From assembly GCF_009914755.1 (NCBI RefSeq), contig NC_060925.1: a stretch of DNA of 64,000 bases. The stretch is one strand, 5' to 3'. Shown here one piece after another: positions 57,766 through 64,000 of this stretch. Origin of the DNA: the human T2T-CHM13v2.0 reference genome, Homo sapiens. Below the pieces are notes generated by a model, which did no database searches, was not told where the DNA came from, and saw only the letters and a list, made by a program, of their open reading frames with translations. Numbering within the stretch: the stretch's first letter is position 1; every line of letters begins with the position of its first letter. Made by a program: the position numbers and the translations under genes.

Positions 57766-58854
57766 CCTGCGCCCACTGTCTGGCACTCCCTAGTGAGATG
57801 AACCCGGTACCTCGATGGAAATGCAGAAATCACCCCTCTTCTGCGTCGCTCACGCTGGGAGCTGTAGACCGGAGCTGTTCCTATTCGGCCATCTTGGCTC
57901 CTCCCACTCTTGAATGAATTTTCATATTTTAATAATACTGGGCATTTTTTTCACCTAAAAGATGGTATTTGGATCAAATGAATATGTAACAAAAGTGACT
58001 TATTTAGTTTCTCAGAGTTTCAATGTTCTTATATTTAAAATGAGAGATTAGGGCTATAAGATCTAAGTATCCTTGTTTGAAATTCTATTACTTTATGAGA
58101 AAATCTCGACAATTACTAATACAATAGAGCAAACATAAACATATATTTGTCCTTTGGAAACCTTTATGACATTTGAGAAGTCCAGTAAGGATTGTGTGTC
58201 TTGTTAAGCTTGCAATTACAAGAAGTGCAAATACTTTCAGATTTGTTTTGGCGTGATGTACCGTAGATTTCTTTTACCAATGTTGACTATCCACTGAAGT
58301 CTGGACTCTAAAATTCTTCAACATTCAAATTCACTGCCTGAGGAAAAACACATGGGTAGAACAGAGAATGAGACTATGGCATTTAATTATTAAATCAATG
58401 CATGTGCCTGACTTGCAGAAGCTAGGTACAGTTAAAATCTGGTTACAAGAAGTCAATCATCCATTCTGCAAAATTCTGAAAGCATGCAATCATACATTTT
58501 GCATTTGAAAGCACTTGAAAGATACAACAGTCTAGTGTATAACTAATTAACTAACTAGAAAGGAAAACATTACATTTGCATTGGGCACATTATATGACCT
58601 TTTTCTTTTGAACTTTTCAAACAGTATTGTAGTATGACAGGCATTTTCCTTTTACATAGTCACAGAGAGTTCTTACAGATCCTACATGAACTCACAGAGG
58701 ACGTGAGAAGGAAATTTGTGGTTTTTCTTGCTCTTCTGTCTGTAAAACAGCTGAATTTGATTCTTCTTTGTTTTGCCCTAAGACTGTGATGATTTTGCTG
58801 TGAGATTTTTTAGACACCAACAACAGTTATAAATAAATATATTGTTTTAATGTG

Positions 58855-59070
58855 AGCTTAAAATTATGCAAGGCATGATTCTGTGTACTGTACATGCATC
58901 ATCTTATTTAATATTCACAGAAATCCTAAGAAGTATGTATTCTTATGATACTTATTTTACAGCTATGGAGAAACTGTCAATATAATTTTCTAATGCCTCC
59001 TATCTTATAAGTATTGTTAGACATCAAATCCAAAACTTTTACAGATCTCAAAGCTCCTTCTCATAATCAT
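58855..59070 (-). mobile_element. MIR SINE
   Basis: 'atcttatttaatattcacagaaatcctaagaagta...attttacagctatggagaaactg'. Confidence 0.65.
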
Positions 59071-60603
59071 CCATCATGGGGTCTCAGTACTCTTTCCTGT
59101 GCATCCATCCACACATATCTTGGTCTCTTCTAGTGCATGGATAAATGGGAGGAGAGCTTAATTTTCAACTGTAGCTATAGAAGAAGAAAGAAGTGTTTCT
59201 CATACCACATTAAAGTCAGTTCAATAAAACTAGTATTGGTTAATTTGCTAAGATATTTTACTTCCCTTAAGCATCAAAATGACCTTTTACATGTATCCAG
59301 CAGAATGTCCTTACTATATTTTCTTCCATTTTCATGGGTTCAAGTGTGAAAAGTATGCAGGAAAGCTGCAGCTGTGCTTAAAACTCTCATTTTCTATGTG
59401 TGGTTCTTTTGATCCTCCAATGAAAGGCCACAGAAGGAAAAAGCATGAATTTCTTTGTTTTGAGAAAAATTCATTACCCACTTGCTCAATAGATTTGAAA
59501 AATCCAGTCAAATTCCCAGGTAGGGTAGTAATATTTTCAGTAATGTTCATGTAGATTATCTCTTTCTTTGAGTTGAGTAGAAACTGCTCTGTGATATGGG
59601 CAAAATATGTTTCAAACCACATAATTGGTCAGAAATGAAGAAAAAATATGTCATTATAAGGGTATCGTTCTCTTTATGGCAAATAAAAGTAGAGAGGTTG
59701 ACGATACAAAGCAGACAAGAAATTGCACTTCTATTCTGAGTGGCTTTCTCAGATAATCTCTAGAGGCTTTACAAGAATTAAAAATTCTTAATAGCAACAT
59801 CAAACTTCAGTTACTTTGGTTTAGGTTTTAAAACAAATTGATTTAGCATTTTAGATCTCTAGTGGGGATTACTTCTGCATTCATGAAAGGTGTTGTTAGA
59901 GGCAGGCATACCATATGACCAATATGTGCTGATACAGGCAAAGATTTTTATAGTTTCCAGGAAGTCACAAAGATGCTTCCGTAACAACTGCAGGAATTGA
60001 CCACCCCAATCTGTGAGAGTTGAGGATGGGAATTTAAATACATGGTTATTAGTGTAGAGAGCAGTTTGCACAAGTATCTTGGAACTGTCCTTATCTATTC
60101 TTTTCGTTGTTATTGCTACTATTTTTATAGAGCCCCAGGTGTCCAGAGGACCTCAAAGGTGATGTGAAACACAATGAAACAAAACACCTCTTGCAAATTC
60201 AACCTTGTGGTTATGATTTCAAGTATCACATCTGTTCTAATTAGCTCATAAGCAGATATGGAGCCTTATGTAATAAAATATCGTAGGAGTTAGTTACATT
60301 ATTCTCAGTCTCACTAAAAATAACTGTACTTGACAGTTTGAGTAGCTTTTGTGAACATTGAATATTTTTAGGAGAACGTGAAAATTAGAAGAGGCTTTCT
60401 AAATATTTCTTAGTAAAACTTACTTAACAAACAATAAGGAAAAAAGACACTTAGATAAAGATAGAATAAATAAATAAATAAATAGCTTGATATTCACATT
60501 TGGATGAAGCAATTCTCTCACATTGATAGAAAAAAAGCATAAATGTGGAGGATCTTAGGTGTTGGAATATTCAATTCTAATACATAGAGTGCTCTATACT
60601 TAT

Positions 60604-60892
60604 GAGAGAGAGGGGGAGGGGGGGAAGAGAAGAAGGGGAAAAAGAAGAAGAAGAGGTAAAAGAAGAAAAAGAAGAAGGAAGGAAGAGGAGGAGGAGGAGA
60701 AAGAGGAGGAAGGGGAGGAGGAGGGGAAGAAGAAGAGGAAGAGAAGGAAGGAGGAAGAGCGCAGAAGAAGAGGAAGAAGAGGTAGAAGAAAAAAAGAAGA
60801 AGGAAGGAAGAGGAGGAGGAGGAGAAAGAGGAGGAAGGGGAGGAGGAGGGGAAGAAGAAGAGGAAGAGGAGGAAGGAGGAAGAGCGCAGAAA
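60604..60892. repeat. GA-rich polypurine low-complexity tract containing a ~125-bp tandem duplication
   Basis: Almost pure A/G. Marker motifs 'ggta' and 'gagcgcag' each recur at 125-126 bp spacing. Confidence 0.93.
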
Positions 60893-61689
60893 ATTATGGA
60901 AATAAAGAATTGATATCAGTAAGAATTAGAAAGAGAAATTTTACATTAACTTACCTTATAGGAGATGGAAACAGGACAATAATATTTAGTATATAAAATG
61001 TTATTTAAGCCTGATAATTTATAAAATAACTAATTAGACTATAATCACACTGAGGAGAGGGGCCCTAGTGATCTGCCAGCATAAAGTCCATCACAAAATA
61101 GGTAAAATTAGTGATTACCTAATGCTTGTCAAATAACATGGGGATAATAATTTGCTGCTTAAATCCCTGCAAATCTAGTTATCTTTAGATTAAGGTTAAA
61201 GTTTCATGGTAAAGAATATTTTCAACAAATGGTGCTTGCACAACTGGACATCTGCATTCAAGAGAATGAAGTTATACACTTACCTCACACTATATACAAA
61301 AATTAACTCAAAAATCAATCAAAGACCTAACTGTAAGAGTGAAAACTATAAAACTCTTAGAAGGAAACAGGTGTTCTTCATCACCTTGGATTAGGCAATG
61401 GTTTCTTAAATGTGACACCAAGAGCAGAAGTAATATAGTAAATAAAATAGATAAATTAGACTTCATCAAAATTCAAATCTTTTGTGTTTATAAGATATCA
61501 TAAAGGAGGTGAAAAGGCAACCTACAGAATGGGAGAAAAATTTTGCTAGTAAAATATTTGATAAGGTGCTTTTACCTAGAATATATGAAGAATATTTATA
61601 ACTCAATTATTTTAGAAAGACAGATAATATAATTTTTAAATGTAGAAAGCATCTGAATAGACATTTCTCCAAAAAAGATAAACAAATGG

Positions 61690-63101
<1,412 letters not shown>

Positions 63102-63141
63102 AAGACATACAAATGGCCAATAAGCACAAAAAATGTGTCCA

Positions 63142-63454
<313 letters not shown>

Positions 63455-64000
63455 AAAAAATGTGTCCAATGTTATTAGCCATTAGGGAAATGCAAATCAA
63501 AACCACAATGAGATACTATCTCACATTCATTAGATTGACTAAAATTAAAAAGACAGATAATAACAAGTGTTGGTTAAGATGGGGAGAAAGTCTATTCCTC
63601 ATATTGCTGGTGGGAATGTAAAATGGTGCAGCCACTTTGCAAAACTATCCAGAAATTCTTCCTAAGGTTAACATTTGAGTTAAAATAGATTTAACATTTG
63701 ACTCAGCAATTGTACCCCTAGGTATATACCTAAAAGGAATGAAAATATATGTCCACATGAAAACTTGGACATAAATGCGTATGGTGCCATTATTCATAAT
63801 AGCAATATAGAGATAAATTCTCAGATATCCATCAATTTATGAATGAATAAATACAATGACACATATCCACACAATGGGATAGTATCTGGCAATAAAAAGG
63901 AAGTATTGATACTTGCTACAACATGGATGAATCTCAAAACTTTGTACTAAGTGAAAGAGGCTATCACAAAAGACCATATATTATTGCATTTATAAGAAAT

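Noticed and set aside
60559-60996. 144/103-aa-scale Arg/Glu/Gly-rich ORFs
   Set aside because: They are translations of the GA-rich simple repeat, which lacks stop codons because it has almost no T.

Overview
AT-rich, repeat-dense primate (very likely human or great-ape) genomic DNA with no intact protein-coding exon that I can support. It has three main landmarks. (1) A complete, internally deleted HERV-H provirus on the minus strand (29231-34748), with two LTR7 LTRs, a tRNA-His PBS, a PPT and a perfect TAGTA target-site duplication (TSD). (2) A full-length ~6.03-kb L1PA2-like LINE-1 on the minus strand (51877-57909, 14-bp TSD), with broken ORF1 and ORF2 but an open antisense ORF0. (3) A full-length processed pseudogene of ADH5 (class III alcohol dehydrogenase / GSNO reductase; 61690-63101, +) inserted into an old L1M element. 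The rest is about 11 Alus, THE1/MST, MLT1, MER4-group and ERVL solo LTRs, an older L1PA, a MER53 hAT MITE, MIR/L2 relics and simple repeats. I found no convincing new biological system. The most interesting details are a templated inverted-repeat (template-switch) mutation beside the TATA box of the HERV-H 5' LTR only, and the L1 antisense promoter/ORF0 pointing at the sense strand of the ADH5 retrocopy. Repeat subfamily names come from remembered consensus sequences and need RepeatMasker/Dfam confirmation.
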